DNA of 64,000 nt from Syntrophorhabdaceae bacterium (GCA_963665295.1 OY762209.1:4128001-4192000), one strand, 5' to 3'; positions 40,370 to 51,410 are shown, numbered from the stretch's first letter. The notes: generated from the letters alone by a model not told the origin. Made by a program: numbers and translations.

Positions 40370-41984
40370 TGGTCTTATACCTCCTCTGACTTTCCGGCAC
40401 ATACCATTTTATGAAATTATGCTTTATCCCCGCCGGGGCGGGCTCTATCCCCTTGATCCGTTTGTGCACGGCTGTGTTCGCATAGGGAACGAAGAGAAAT
40501 GTCACCGGCTGCTCCTCTGCGAGTATCTCCTGTATCCTGTAAAGATGCTTCTTCCGGCTTTCCCTGTCCAGGGTGTGGCGCGCCCTCACAAGAAGGTCAT
40601 CCACCTCCTTGTTCTCAAAAGAGATAAAATTAAGCTCTTTCTTTCCCTGCTTCGAGGAATGCCAAATATCGAAAAGATCCGGGTCCGTGGGGATGGTCCA
40701 GCCCAGCATTACGGCTTCGAAGTTCCTCGTATCGATGAACTCGTTAATGAAGGTGGCCCACTCTATCACCCTTATCCTGACCCTTATGCCGATCTCCGAA
40801 AGCCTCTTCTGAACAAGCTCCGCACATTTGATTCGCACGTCGTTTCCCTGGCTGGTAAGGATAGTAAACTCCAAAGGACTACCGTCCTTGCGGAGTATTC
40901 CATCCTGGCCCTTCACAAAACCCGCTTCCTCGAGAAGTCGGGCGGCCTTTTCTCTATCATAGGGGTATTTCTTCACCTTCCCGTTATAGGCCCACATGTC
41001 CGGCTTGAAGGGCCCCGTTGCCTCGATTCCCTGGCCAAGGAGAACGCCGTCGATAATCTCCTTCTTGTCGATCGCGTAGGTGATAGCCTGGCGAACCCGC
41101 TTATCCTTGAAGAACCTGTGTCTCAGATTATAGCCCAGGTAGATGTATGCAAAATCCAGGTACTTGAACTTGTTGAACTCCCTTTTGAACCGAGGGTAAT
41201 CCGTCTGTCTCACTGCCTGCATCGGGGTGAGGTCTGCCATATCGATGCCGCCCTGCTTCACTTCGAGAAACGCAGTCGCAGTGTCGGGGATCACTCGCAT
41301 GACATACCGGTCGAGATAGGGTCTGCCCTCGAAGTAATGGGAGTTAAAGCCGAGAACAAGTCTGTCTCCTCCTATCCATTCCCTGAATATGAAAGGTCCC
41401 GTACCGACGGGCGCCCTGCGCAGGGAAGATGACGCGATATCAACGCCTTCGAGAAGGTGCCGCGGCAGTACTGCAGCGCCCCAACTCACAAGCGCGGGAG
41501 CGAAGGGTTTTTCATAGCTGACCTTAAACGTGTAGTCATCGAGCACTTCGGCCTTCTTCACGAGCATGAAATCCCCCGAATACGCCGTAGGAGTCCTGGG
41601 GTCCACCGTCACCCTGTAGGTATACATCACATCGTGAGCAGTGAAAGGCCGGCCATCATGCCAGGTGACGTTCCTCCTTAAATGAAACGTTATAGAGAGG
41701 TTGTCTTTCGAAATATCCCATGATTCCGCGAGATCGCCCACAACGTTCAGATCCTTGTCGTATTTGACCAGGCCATTATATACATATCCGGCCACTTCGT
41801 GAGAGGGGCTGTCGGTAGCGAGCAGAGGAATGAGGTTTGAAGGCTCTCCTATGGACGATGTGATGATCGTATCACCGTAAGAGGGTTTCCCGGGATCGTC
41901 ATAATGCCTCGTATCTTTGCCCTTGGCGCAGGAGAAACAAAGGAGGAGGGCAAAAACGCCGATAATCAATCTTTTCGGAAACAT
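40350..41984 (-). CDS. Peptide ABC transporter substrate-binding lipoprotein (family 5)
   Basis: Lipobox LCFSC, DLAESW, WHDG.PFTA.DV, PVGTGPF, VRQAI; start MFPKRL at 41984. Confidence 0.92.
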   Translation of the reverse strand: MFPKRLIIGVFALLLCFSCAKGKDTRHYDDPGKPSYGDTIITSSIGEPSNLIPLLATDSPSHEVAGYVYNGLVKYDKDLNVVGDLAESWDISKDNLSITFHLRRNVTWHDGRPFTAHDVMYTYRVTVDPRTPTAYSGDFMLVKKAEVLDDYTFKVSYEKPFAPALVSWGAAVLPRHLLEGVDIASSSLRRAPVGTGPFIFREWIGGDRLVLGFNSHYFEGRPYLDRYVMRVIPDTATAFLEVKQGGIDMADLTPMQAVRQTDYPRFKREFNKFKYLDFAYIYLGYNLRHRFFKDKRVRQAITYAIDKKEIIDGVLLGQGIEATGPFKPDMWAYNGKVKKYPYDREKAARLLEEAGFVKGQDGILRKDGSPLEFTILTSQGNDVRIKCAELVQKRLSEIGIRVRIRVIEWATFINEFIDTRNFEAVMLGWTIPTDPDLFDIWHSSKQGKKELNFISFENKEVDDLLVRARHTLDRESRKKHLYRIQEILAEEQPVTFLFVPYANTAVHKRIKGIEPAPAGIKHNFIKWYVPESQRRYKTSAAISP

Positions 41985-41991
41985 TCCGCTT

Positions 41992-42021
41992 ATTCTAACA
42001 AAAGGACCGAACCAAAGTAAA
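41992..42021 (-). promoter_or_regulatory. Sigma70 promoter, probably giving leaderless mRNA
   Basis: TTTACT, 18 nt, TAGAAT with TGn extension; 7 nt from -10 to ATG. Confidence 0.6.
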
Positions 42022-42125
42022 GCGATGCGTTCCGGGAAAACCGATGCCGCAAAGCCCGGCGACCCGCCTCCGGAAAGGACCAAAGGGGCTGTTCTCAAGG
42101 GGGCGGGGTCCTTATTCGGGGAGTC

Positions 42126-42500
42126 TCATGCTTTCTCTATCCTTATCCTCACGGCGCCTTTTTCCTTGGTCAGAACCCGTGCATCCCCGGTTATTCTTCC
42201 CACGAGATTGACCCGGCTTGCCGGCACAGGGTCCCGGCCCTCGCTCATGGGCGTGGGGCCGAAGAAGATTGCAAGCGCCTCGCCGGGGGGCCAGTATCCC
42301 ATGTCTCCCACCCTTACTTCGACTGTGGCGCCTTCATCGAGCCCCATTTCTACCGGTATTTCAAAATAGAACTCGTCGCCCCACTCGTGAGGCTTCGCTT
42401 CGATGGGCAAAATCTGCCCGATGGCCCGGGCGCAAACCGTGTCCGAAAGCTCACCTGCAAGCGTGGTCTCTCCTACGATAATCCTTATAGGGATCGGCAT
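42126..42500 (-). CDS. Cyclophilin-like fold protein (DUF369 family)
   Basis: WGDEFYF, GDMGYWPPG.ALAIFFGPTP, PASRVNLVG; AGGAGGAG RBS. Confidence 0.88.
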   Translation of the reverse strand: MPIPIRIIVGETTLAGELSDTVCARAIGQILPIEAKPHEWGDEFYFEIPVEMGLDEGATVEVRVGDMGYWPPGEALAIFFGPTPMSEGRDPVPASRVNLVGRITGDARVLTKEKGAVRIRIEKA

Positions 42501-42548
42501 TTCTCCTCCTTTTCCTGCGTCTTCGCGATAGGTACTCCTGACTGTCTT

Positions 42549-42577
42549 TTATTACCTCTCCGACAAGCTTAAGTCAA
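42549..42577 (-). promoter_or_regulatory. Sigma70-type promoter
   Basis: TTGACT, 17 nt, TAATAA. Confidence 0.55.
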
Positions 42578-42834
42578 GGCGTGATTCCACCGGCCCCTTT
42601 CCGACGTGAACCGCGAAGGGAAGGACTTCCTTCCTTTGAACCCCATCGCCGCACGTTTTCCGCTTAAGATTTTCATTTACTAATATCACCCGGTAATGTA
42701 AGATCATTTTCAGGCGGTGCCTAAGACCATGGCGTTTCCTTAAGTACCGGGTCCCCCATGTCGATAAAGTTGGTATAAAGTGGCGCGACCTCCAGGCTTT
42801 CTGAGAGGAAAAAACCGATAACTGAGGCATACAA

Positions 42835-43233
42835 ATGAAACCGTCCGCAAAGCTTGTTCTCGTTTGTTTTCTTTTCCTGGCCCTCTTCACCATGACCGGC
42901 TCCCTATATGCTCAAAACCAGGACAAACAGTGGGTCCGCTTCACCTATGACAAAGACAAGGCGGACACTAACTACTACTACGACCGCCAGGCAGTGCAGT
43001 ACCTTTCGGAGAACCGGGTAAGTACGTGGCTGAGAATAGGCACTCCTGAGGGAGACGATTTCATCCTCGTGGAAATTGAGTGCTCCACCCCGATGTTCCG
43101 CACCGTGCAACCGTATAAACCGCTCTTTTTCAAACCGGATAAGACGTCCTACGTGGCATATGGATGGCTTGAGGTCCCTCCCGACTCGGAGATATACCTG
43201 CTGAGGAATATTCTCTGCAAAAAGCCAAAATGA
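42835..43233 (+). CDS. Exported protein, surface-adhesin protein E-like
   Basis: Signal peptide; W..., YYD..., V.TW, IEC, W.EVPPDS...LC pattern with two Cys. Confidence 0.65.
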   Translation: MKPSAKLVLVCFLFLALFTMTGSLYAQNQDKQWVRFTYDKDKADTNYYYDRQAVQYLSENRVSTWLRIGTPEGDDFILVEIECSTPMFRTVQPYKPLFFKPDKTSYVAYGWLEVPPDSEIYLLRNILCKKPK

Positions 43234-43355
43234 CCCAAACGTGACAAACCACCGGCTCCCGGTCCTCTGATCGCGGGATTACCGGATTTCTTCGCGTCGC
43301 CCTTTTCCCATGAATGGATGAATATGCCGCGGGTACGGGCGTGGACGACCCTATA

Positions 43356-43487
43356 TCATACGGGATAGGGGAAATTGGTACGTATGAGCCTTATCAGGTC
43401 GTGCCTTTCCCTGAGGCTCATGTTGAGGTAGAACTTGCTTCCCATCAATATGTGTATAATCTTCCTGATAGAATTTAACTCGAACAT
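43356..43487 (-). CDS. Unannotated 43-aa small protein
   Basis: MFELNSIRKIIHILMGSKFYLNMSLRERHDLIRLIRTNFPYPV*; AAGGGGGT RBS; upstream sigma28-like promoter. Confidence 0.65.
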   Translation of the reverse strand: MFELNSIRKIIHILMGSKFYLNMSLRERHDLIRLIRTNFPYPV

Positions 43488-43607
43488 GATTACCCCCTTG
43501 CTTCGGGTAGCCGGTCTCTGAGCCTCACGCGCATTCGCCGGTTGTTCCCGACTGTCTTTGAATCCCCCTGGGTATATGTAGACCGTTCCTGCTTTCCACT
43601 CACTGGA

Positions 43608-43634
43608 TTATCGGACCTTCCCGCTAAAACTTTA
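43608..43634 (-). promoter_or_regulatory. Sigma28 (FliA)-type promoter
   Basis: TAAAGTTT, 11 nt, TCCGATAA; 15/16 match to TAAAGTTT-N11-GCCGATAA. Confidence 0.75.
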
Positions 43635-43737
43635 GCGTGCCGGGGCAAAGAAAACGTCGGAATATCGGTAATGATGGTTGGAGGAAAAACACGTGAATGC
43701 CGGGTGGGGCACGCCGGAACGGGCGTGCTCCGCGCAT

Positions 43738-44520
43738 CTATTTGAACTTGTGATGTTCTTTGTTTTTCTGATACAGTATCTTGAGTCCCCTCAAGGTGAG
43801 CATCTCGTCAACCTCGTCAATCGTCTGGGACTCCTTGAAGATAAAGCTCGACAATCCCCCTGTGGCGATGACGTAGGGGTTGGCCCTGACTTCTTCCTTC
43901 ATTTTGCTCACTATCCCGTCCACAAGGCCCACATACCCGTATATGATACCCGCCTGCATGGCATGGACAGTATTCTTGCCTATGAGGCTCTTAGGTTTTA
44001 TGAGTTCAACCCTGGGGAGCTTCGAGGCCCTTTCGAAAAGGGCGCCCAGGGATATCATGATCCCGGGAGCAATAGCCCCTCCCACATACTCACCCCGTGC
44101 GGTGATATAATCGAAGGTGGTCGCGGTCCCGAAATCGACAATGATGAGGGCCTTCTTATACTTCTCATACCCTGCCACGGCGTTGACAATTCTGTCCGCG
44201 CCCACTTCCTGAGGGTTTTCATATAATATGGGCATACCCGTCTTGATACCCGGTTCTACCACGAGGGGCCTGATACCCACGTACTTACGGCAGATAATCT
44301 CGAAAGGAATCAGCATGGGGGGCACAACGCATGAAATAATTGCGCTATCTATATCCACGAGCTTGATCTTTTCAAAATCAAGGAGGCTGTTCAAAAGGAT
44401 CGCGTTCTCGTCAACGGTCTTCTGGATGGATGTGCTCAGTCTCCAGTGGTTGATAAGGGTGTCGCCATCGTATACCCCAAAGACAATATTCGTATTTCCA
44501 ATATCAATGACCAGTAACAT
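43738..44520 (-). CDS. coaX: Type III pantothenate kinase
   Basis: [28 protein letters not shown]. Confidence 0.96.
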   Translation of the reverse strand: MLLVIDIGNTNIVFGVYDGDTLINHWRLSTSIQKTVDENAILLNSLLDFEKIKLVDIDSAIISCVVPPMLIPFEIICRKYVGIRPLVVEPGIKTGMPILYENPQEVGADRIVNAVAGYEKYKKALIIVDFGTATTFDYITARGEYVGGAIAPGIMISLGALFERASKLPRVELIKPKSLIGKNTVHAMQAGIIYGYVGLVDGIVSKMKEEVRANPYVIATGGLSSFIFKESQTIDEVDEMLTLRGLKILYQKNKEHHKFK

Positions 44521-44523
44521 AGG

Positions 44524-45486
44524 CTAAAAACTCACGTCTCCCGCTATAATCTTTTTCATCACTCCATCCTCGCTGAGAAGCATGGCGCCATCTCTATCTA
44601 TTCCTTCGCACGTACCTCTGTGAATCTCTCCCATCTGGACTATCTCCAGGTACTTCCCTTTGATGGCTGCCCTGTCCTGCCAGATGTCGCAGATTTCCGA
44701 CTCGCCCTTCTCTTTGAAGATGCGGTAATATTTTTCCAGGTTGGAGAGTAGCATACCACAGACCGCGGCTCTTTCATATACCTTTTTTGTCTCAATGGAG
44801 AGTGACGTGGCCTTCAGTTTGATCTCCTCGGACATCTCCTCCTGTTTCATATTAACGTTGAATCCGATGCCCACGACCACGAACCGCACCAGTTCCGCCT
44901 CTGTGGAAAGTTCCAGGAGGGTGCCGCACACCTTCTTCCCTTTAATCAGTACGTCGTTCGGCCATTTGAGCGTCGGTTCCGCCCCAAGCGTCCGGATAGT
45001 GTCATAGACCGCCAGAGATGAAAGAAAGGTGACCGGATAGATGCGCGACGGATGGACCCCGGGCCTCAGGATCAGAGACAGGTATAAATTCCGCCCCTCA
45101 GGGGAAAACCACACCCGTCCGAGGCGCCCTTTTCCGCTATTCTGGGACTCCGCGACAACAACGCTCCCCTCGGGTTCGCCCGCAAGAGCGAGGCGGAATG
45201 CGACCAGATTCGTGGAATCCACCGTATCTTTATAGATGATTCTGCGGCCTGTAAAAAGCGTCTCCAGGTCCTTGTCTATCTCCCAGGGATAGAGCTTGTC
45301 CGGACCCTTCAGAAGATGGTATCCTCTGCCCTTGGCCTTCGCGATATCATATCCCAAATGTTCAAGCTGATTTATATACTTCCATACGGCCGTCCTGGAT
45401 ATTCCTATTTTGCCCGCTATGTAGTCCCCCGAGACAAAATCGTCCTTCTCTCTCAAAAATTCCAGCAATTCCTTGATTCTATCCAT
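44524..45486 (-). CDS. birA: Bifunctional biotin ligase / repressor
   Basis: N-terminal HTH (SRTAVWK), [23 protein letters not shown]. Confidence 0.95.
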   Translation of the reverse strand: MDRIKELLEFLREKDDFVSGDYIAGKIGISRTAVWKYINQLEHLGYDIAKAKGRGYHLLKGPDKLYPWEIDKDLETLFTGRRIIYKDTVDSTNLVAFRLALAGEPEGSVVVAESQNSGKGRLGRVWFSPEGRNLYLSLILRPGVHPSRIYPVTFLSSLAVYDTIRTLGAEPTLKWPNDVLIKGKKVCGTLLELSTEAELVRFVVVGIGFNVNMKQEEMSEEIKLKATSLSIETKKVYERAAVCGMLLSNLEKYYRIFKEKGESEICDIWQDRAAIKGKYLEIVQMGEIHRGTCEGIDRDGAMLLSEDGVMKKIIAGDVSF

Positions 45487-47542
45487 TCTCTATCTTGTCG
45501 TAGTGGGAGAAGTACATGGTAAAGGACGCCCTGCCCTGCGAAAGGGAGCGCACATCCGTGGAATACCCGAACATTTTTGTGAGTGGGGCCTTCGCCTGGA
45601 CAACCGTAATCCTGTCTTTGGATATAACGTCCGAAATCTGACATTTTCTTGCGTTCAGGTCCCCGATTATGTCTCCCAGGAATTCGTTCGGTGTGGTAAC
45701 CGTGAGAGACATAAAGGGCACAAGGAGGGCCGGTTTGGCCTCGACGCATGCCCTGCGAAAACCTTCATACCCTGCCATTTTGAGGGTGAGCCGCGCAAGC
45801 TCCGGACTGCTGAATGAGGCATCCACGATCTCCACCTTGACGTCGGTCAAAGGAAAGCCTTTTAGCACTCCTATGTGTGAGGCTTCGGTAATACCTTCCT
45901 CCACCGCCCCGACGTATGGATAGGCGGGGCTTTCCTCAGAGATGAGAGAACTCACCACATTCCCCTCGCCCCTTGGATTAGGGGATACATGGAGCGATAC
46001 CCAACCCTTCTGAGTGCCTCCTCCCGCGATACCCTGCATGCCGGTGAGGACCTTCTCGAAGGTGTGTTCCACTGCAACCGCCTTTTCTATGGTCTCTTTA
46101 TATACTACCTGGGGTTTGCCGACAAGGAGATCTATTCCGAACTCCTCTTTGATCCTCCGCACCACCACATCGAGGTGAAGCTCTCCCATGCCCGAGACCA
46201 CGGTCTGATATGCGTCCTCATCCGTTTTCACCACAAATGTGGGGTCCTCCTCGGCAATCCTCTGAAGCGTGAGAAGAAGTTTCTCCTGATCCGCGTTCTT
46301 TTTCGGTTCCACCGCAATGGAAATAACGGGTTGGTAGACCTCTATCTGCTCCAGGATTATGGGTTTACCCCCTGTCAGCGTATGGCCGGTTGAGGTCTCT
46401 TTGAGACCCACCATCCCTATGATCGCCCCCGTTCTGGCTTCTTCTATCCGTTCCCGGTGGTTGGCATGCATCCTGAATATGCGGGAAATCTTCTCTTTCT
46501 TACCAATATTGACATTGAGGACATCATCCCCCACTTTTACGGAGCCCGAATAGATCCTCACGTATACCAGCTTCCGGCCTTCCTGCATCACTACCTTAAA
46601 TGCAAGGGCGGTAAAATCCTCATCGTCCGTTGCCGCCCGCTGTTCCAACTCGCCGGTGACAGGGTTCAATCCCTGGACCGGAGGAACATCGAGAGGCGAA
46701 GGGAGATACCGGACTACCGCGTCCATGAGGGGCTGGATGCCTTTATTCTTGAGGGCTGTCCCGCAAAGCACCGGCACACAGTGAAGACCGATCGTGCCCT
46801 TCCTCAACACCTCGTGCACGAGGGCCTCGTCTATAATTCCCCCCTCAAGGTAGAGTTCCATGAAGTGGTCGTCAATAAGGGACAATTTCTCAAAAAGCTT
46901 CTCCCTGTGAACCTCCGCAACCTCCTGGTACTCCTTGGGGATCGAGATATGGTTATAGGTCGTTCCCGAATCCTCCTCGTTCCACACGATGGCCTTCATG
47001 GTAATGAGGTCGGCAACTCCGTAGAAGCCGTCCTCTCGCCCCAGAGGTATCTGTACGGGAAGCGGGTTCGCTCCTAGCTTTTCGACCAGTGCATCCACCA
47101 CAGTAAAGAAATCGGAGCCCAGCCTGTCGAGCTTGTTCACAAAGGCAATTCTCGGAACGTGATATTTGTCGGCCTGATGCCACACCGTCTCCGACTGAGG
47201 CTCCACCCCGCCGACTCCGCAGAAGACCGCCACCATGCCGTCCAGGACTCGCAGGGATCTCTCTACCTCGATGGTAAAATCGACGTGCCCCGGCGTGTCG
47301 ATAATCTGCACCTCGTGGTCGGCCCAGTAAAGGGTCGTCACCGCGGACGTAATAGTAATGCCCCTTTCCTGTTCCTGGGGCAAATAGTCCATAGTTGCGG
47401 TGCCCTCATGCACTTCCCCTATCTTATGGGTCTTTCCCGTATAGAAAAGAATGCGCTCCGTGACCGTAGTCTTCCCCGCGTCGATGTGGGCTGCAATTCC
47501 AATGTTCCGTATCTTCTTAAGGCGCTGTTCTTCTTTTTTCAT
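45479..47542 (-). CDS. fusA: Elongation factor G paralog (stand-alone EF-G2-like)
   Basis: [38 protein letters not shown]; outside the str operon; divergent domain IV. Confidence 0.92.
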   Translation of the reverse strand: MKKEEQRLKKIRNIGIAAHIDAGKTTVTERILFYTGKTHKIGEVHEGTATMDYLPQEQERGITITSAVTTLYWADHEVQIIDTPGHVDFTIEVERSLRVLDGMVAVFCGVGGVEPQSETVWHQADKYHVPRIAFVNKLDRLGSDFFTVVDALVEKLGANPLPVQIPLGREDGFYGVADLITMKAIVWNEEDSGTTYNHISIPKEYQEVAEVHREKLFEKLSLIDDHFMELYLEGGIIDEALVHEVLRKGTIGLHCVPVLCGTALKNKGIQPLMDAVVRYLPSPLDVPPVQGLNPVTGELEQRAATDDEDFTALAFKVVMQEGRKLVYVRIYSGSVKVGDDVLNVNIGKKEKISRIFRMHANHRERIEEARTGAIIGMVGLKETSTGHTLTGGKPIILEQIEVYQPVISIAVEPKKNADQEKLLLTLQRIAEEDPTFVVKTDEDAYQTVVSGMGELHLDVVVRRIKEEFGIDLLVGKPQVVYKETIEKAVAVEHTFEKVLTGMQGIAGGGTQKGWVSLHVSPNPRGEGNVVSSLISEESPAYPYVGAVEEGITEASHIGVLKGFPLTDVKVEIVDASFSSPELARLTLKMAGYEGFRRACVEAKPALLVPFMSLTVTTPNEFLGDIIGDLNARKCQISDVISKDRITVVQAKAPLTKMFGYSTDVRSLSQGRASFTMYFSHYDKIENG

Positions 47543-47550
47543 TCCGTGAA

Positions 47551-47579
47551 AATATGACTTATTATGGCCTAAAAGTCAA
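47551..47579 (-). promoter_or_regulatory. Sigma70 promoter of fusA-birA-coaX, near-leaderless
   Basis: TTGACT, 17 nt, CATATT; 8 nt to ATG; no clear SD. Confidence 0.6.
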
Positions 47580-47653
47580 TAAATAAGGCCCTGCCCATAA
47601 TACCGGCATAACCCGCAACCTGCCCTTGTCGTCCCCGCGCGGGGTCCATTCCC

Positions 47654-48421
47654 TCACTTTTCTACTGCCTTAAGTTCCTTCTCTCTGTCGGGGGTGAGGT
47701 CCGCCCCATAGAACGTCTTGTCGGACGGAAGAATGATCGCAAATTCGCCCGTATCGTCAATCTCCATGGTTGCCCTCTCTACGTTGAAATCAAGCACGTG
47801 GCCACCCGTTTTCCGGTCCGCCGTGAGAAAATGCAGGTGATAGCCCGGGACGTTGACGCCTTTTGCGTATGGCGGGCAGCGAAACCCCACGATCGTTCCC
47901 TGAACATTCTTCAATTCAAAAAGAGGTTGGGATTTCACCACCTCATTCAGGGCCCTGTAAGGCTTCTGTTGAGCCGGTACGCTTCTCGTCTTTACCGACT
48001 GGAAAAGACCGGTAATCTTGATGGCATAAAAGATATTCGGAGTGGGGAGCAGTTTGTCGGTCTTCGCCGCAAATCGGGCAAAATCAAGGCCCTTTTCCAG
48101 AGGGACCACGCGGTCCGCCTCGAAAAACGTGACTGCCGCAAAAGGGGTCAGCGTGTCTGCGCCGGGACGCTCAACCGCGCCGGAGGCGGTGACCCGGTAG
48201 AACTCCCCGTCGAGAAGGACCATTTCCCCGTTGAGAGTGTTGAACGTCCCCAGTCCGAAGTCACCCTTCTCCCTGAGGGAACCGAGGGTTGTCTCTCCGT
48301 CGTAGATACCTGTCATCAGGGCATCGATCGTTGATATCTGTGTCAGCGTATCCCTCCCCGCATGGATCGTGCCGGCCCCGGCCAGGATAAGAACCAAAAA
48401 TACCGCGCAAATTCTTTTCAT
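47654..48421 (-). CDS. budA: Alpha-acetolactate decarboxylase with N-terminal signal peptide
   Basis: QISTIDALM.G.YDG, GDFGLGTF..L.GEM, TPFA, GYHLHF, GGHVLD; start MKRICAV after GGAGG. Confidence 0.92.
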   Translation of the reverse strand: MKRICAVFLVLILAGAGTIHAGRDTLTQISTIDALMTGIYDGETTLGSLREKGDFGLGTFNTLNGEMVLLDGEFYRVTASGAVERPGADTLTPFAAVTFFEADRVVPLEKGLDFARFAAKTDKLLPTPNIFYAIKITGLFQSVKTRSVPAQQKPYRALNEVVKSQPLFELKNVQGTIVGFRCPPYAKGVNVPGYHLHFLTADRKTGGHVLDFNVERATMEIDDTGEFAIILPSDKTFYGADLTPDREKELKAVEK

Positions 48422-48540
48422 TTGGACCTCCCTTTGACGTTGGCGCAATATATCACAATTCGGCGGGATTTTGTACCCCGAAAGCGCCTCACAGCGGGCC
48501 CTGGCGGTATGGCGTAAAAAAGCCCGTGGCCATGAAATCC

Positions 48541-50145
48541 TTATTCTGTTGCCGGGAGTCCCTCGATGCGTTCCGCTATGGTTTGGCAGTGCTCCGATAT
48601 TATCTCAAGGTTTATAAGTATGTCGATAAACAAGGGACCGGCCTCCGCGCGGCAAAGCTTCATGTAGAACCTCTTCAGGTGCTTTTCCGTCGCCTCTTTT
48701 ACTTTCAGCCTTATCTCTTCGTGTCTGAACAACATCCCCCTTATCCTCGCCTGATCCTTCCGTTCGAGTAATAGGGCCGCGTCATGAATATTCTTGGAGA
48801 CCATGTTTCCTATCTCGTTTATCTCCGCATAGGCCTGCTCGGAGAACCCGGCATTCCTGCGGTACCTGGATTCCGCGAGTTCCACGAGGTTTGTGGACCT
48901 GTCGCCTACCCTCTCTATATCGTCTACAATCACGGAAAAGGCGAAGAGTCTTTTCGACAAGCCCGGTGAAAGCTCCCCGCACGAGATATTCCATAGAAAG
49001 CTCGTGATCTCAGCCTGTAGATTGTCCACCACCAGTTCGATATACATGATCTCCTTCTTCTTCGCCTCATTCCAGTGAAGGATCAGGCCGAGCCCCTGGG
49101 AAAACATCCTTCCCGCAAGCATGATCTCCCGCGACAACTCTTTATTCACGCAGATCAGGGCGTCCCGGGGGCTTATGAGGCATTTCTCATCAAGGTTTTC
49201 AGGCCACAGAGGCAGGGTTTCATCCCGGCCCGGCATTATCCTCTCGATGAGACGGGCAAAAGGCTTGAGGAAAAAAATAAAAAGGACCACGATCAAAAGG
49301 CTCAGAAGGACATGGCTAAAGGCTATCTGTTGGGCGATACTGGAGGTCAGGCTTTTAAGGACCCTTATAAAGAAAGGAAAGAAGAGAAAACAGAAGCCTA
49401 CCCCGAAACATTTGAACAGCAAGTGAGACAGGGCGCTCCTCCTCCCGTTCACACTCATGAAGATGCTTCCCATGATAGCCGTGGCAGTGGTTCCTATATT
49501 TGCCCCCAGCACCACGGGAATAGCGTTCTCAACAGATATGAGACCTTGCTGTCCGAGAATTATAAGAATTCCTATGGGGATGGCGGAGGCATGCACGAGA
49601 GCGGTAAAGACAATCCCCAGAGCCAAACCCAGAAGAGGGCTCCTCGTCTCACGGAAGAGCCGGAGGAACTCTTCGTGTTCCTTCAAAGGAGCCGTGGCGT
49701 CTCCCACCAGGCCGAGGCCGAAGAAGATGAGACCGAAATATACCACCATCTCTCCCGCGGGCTTCCATTTTTCTATCCCGAGGAAGAATATTGCGACTCC
49801 GGCGAAGATAATCAAAGGGGAGATGGCCGTCACATTCCAGACCACAAGCTGGGCCGTAAGGGTCGTACCTATGTCCGCGCCGAGGATAATGCCCAGGGAT
49901 TGATAGAAACTTATGAGCCCCGCACTCACGATCCCCACGGTAAGGAGCGTCGTTGCCGAACTGCTCTGAAGCACAGTGGTAGCCCCTATTCCTGTGAGCA
50001 ATCCGAAGTAAGGATTCTTCACGGCAAACCTGATGTGATTCCGGATACGACTGCTGAAAAGGCCCTGCATCCCCGCGCTCAGCTTCATCATCCCGAAGAG
50101 GAAAAGACCGAGACCGGTAAAAAAGAGAAGGAGACCGTTCAGCAT
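48541..50145 (-). CDS. Na+/Pi cotransporter family protein with PhoU-like C-terminus
   Basis: LGLFLFGM, QSSSATT, GADIGTT and GANIGTT repeats, DIERVGD. Confidence 0.92.
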   Translation of the reverse strand: MLNGLLLFFTGLGLFLFGMMKLSAGMQGLFSSRIRNHIRFAVKNPYFGLLTGIGATTVLQSSSATTLLTVGIVSAGLISFYQSLGIILGADIGTTLTAQLVVWNVTAISPLIIFAGVAIFFLGIEKWKPAGEMVVYFGLIFFGLGLVGDATAPLKEHEEFLRLFRETRSPLLGLALGIVFTALVHASAIPIGILIILGQQGLISVENAIPVVLGANIGTTATAIMGSIFMSVNGRRSALSHLLFKCFGVGFCFLFFPFFIRVLKSLTSSIAQQIAFSHVLLSLLIVVLFIFFLKPFARLIERIMPGRDETLPLWPENLDEKCLISPRDALICVNKELSREIMLAGRMFSQGLGLILHWNEAKKKEIMYIELVVDNLQAEITSFLWNISCGELSPGLSKRLFAFSVIVDDIERVGDRSTNLVELAESRYRRNAGFSEQAYAEINEIGNMVSKNIHDAALLLERKDQARIRGMLFRHEEIRLKVKEATEKHLKRFYMKLCRAEAGPLFIDILINLEIISEHCQTIAERIEGLPATE

Positions 50146-50204
50146 GGACCCGTCAAACCCTGTTCAACAACCTGGGAACGGTCTTCGATTACCGGACTAA
50201 TCAC

Positions 50205-50534
50205 TCACGATACCTTGCTCCCGTTCGGGACATCCTTATCCAGAGTCAAGAGTACCACCGAGGATTTGTCCTCCGTGGAAGCGGCGAGAAGCATTCCATG
50301 GGAGAGGATGCCTCTCAGCTTCCTCGGTTCCAGGTTCGTCACTACCACGATCTTCTTTCCCACCAGTTCCTCCCTACCGTAGTAGGGCTTGATCCCCGCG
50401 ACTATGGTGCGATCCTCACCCACATCAACGGTGAGCTTATAAAGCTTGTCGGCACCCTCCACTTCCTCGCAGGTCTTGATCTCGGCAACCCTCAAGTCCA
50501 TGCTCTGAAATACGTCAAAGGTTATGTTTTCCAT
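50205..50534 (-). CDS. Stand-alone tRNA-binding OB-fold protein (MetRS C-terminal / Trbp111-like)
   Basis: DLRVAEI, ADKL, RTIVAGI, NLEPRKLRG..S.GMLLAA. Confidence 0.9.
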   Translation of the reverse strand: MENITFDVFQSMDLRVAEIKTCEEVEGADKLYKLTVDVGEDRTIVAGIKPYYGREELVGKKIVVVTNLEPRKLRGILSHGMLLAASTEDKSSVVLLTLDKDVPNGSKVS

Positions 50535-50654
50535 TTTCCGCTCCTTTCTTTATATAATCGACGCCGTTCATTCAGCCGACAGCCGGGAGCGCGTGGTCCC
50601 GCCCCACTGCCGAACCTCGACGAATACATATCCCCATGTTGCCCGTGCCGGTCT

Positions 50655-51284
50655 TTACAGAACAGGTTTCTCTACCCTGTTTCGAAGTACCCCGATCCCT
50701 TCGATCTCCACTTCCACCTCATCCCCGACCTCCAGGGGACCCACCCCCGGCGGTGTTCCCGTAATGATCACATCTCCGGGCAGAAGGGTCATGACCCCGG
50801 ACACAAAGGAGACAAGTTCAAAAACATTGAAAATCATGTTGTTGGTCCGTGAATGCTGTCGGATGACCCCGTTCACCCTCGTCATGATCTCGCAGTTCAT
50901 AGGATCGATATTCGACACAATCTCCGGTCCCAAGGGACAGAACGTATCGAAGGATTTCGCTCTGGTCCATTGACCGTCCAGCCGTTGAAGGTCTCTTGCC
51001 GTCACATCGTTCGCACAGGTATATCCCATGATGTGGCGCGCCGCATCCTTTACGGAAACATTCTTTATCCTGTCCCTGATGACCACGGCCAGTTCTCCTT
51101 CGTAGTGCAACTCCCCGGTCTGGGTGGGGTAAACAATGGCAATCCCGGTTTCTATAACCGAGGTGGCGGGCTTGAGAAAGATCAGGGGATACCCCGGAAC
51201 CGGCATATTGAGTTCTTTTGCGTGATCATGGTAGTTAAGACCGACGGCAACTACCTTGGTAGGCTGAAACACTCTTCCCTCCAT
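50655..51284 (-). CDS. Fumarylacetoacetate hydrolase family protein
   Basis: [44 protein letters not shown]. Confidence 0.93.
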   Translation of the reverse strand: MEGRVFQPTKVVAVGLNYHDHAKELNMPVPGYPLIFLKPATSVIETGIAIVYPTQTGELHYEGELAVVIRDRIKNVSVKDAARHIMGYTCANDVTARDLQRLDGQWTRAKSFDTFCPLGPEIVSNIDPMNCEIMTRVNGVIRQHSRTNNMIFNVFELVSFVSGVMTLLPGDVIITGTPPGVGPLEVGDEVEVEIEGIGVLRNRVEKPVL

Positions 51285-51410
51285 TCAAGGCGCATGGTAA
51301 ATATCGCCACCTTCAATTTCCCGCTTCACCCATGCTGCCTCTGTTCATATATACCATTAACAGGGCTCCCGGTTTCAATGATTTTTTTTCGGGAACCGGG
51401 CGGTCGGAAA

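Noticed and set aside
42025..42070. GGGAAA...CGCAAAGCC string reminiscent of a c-di-GMP-I riboswitch
   Set aside because: On the opposite strand to the flanking genes, and the required helices do not form.
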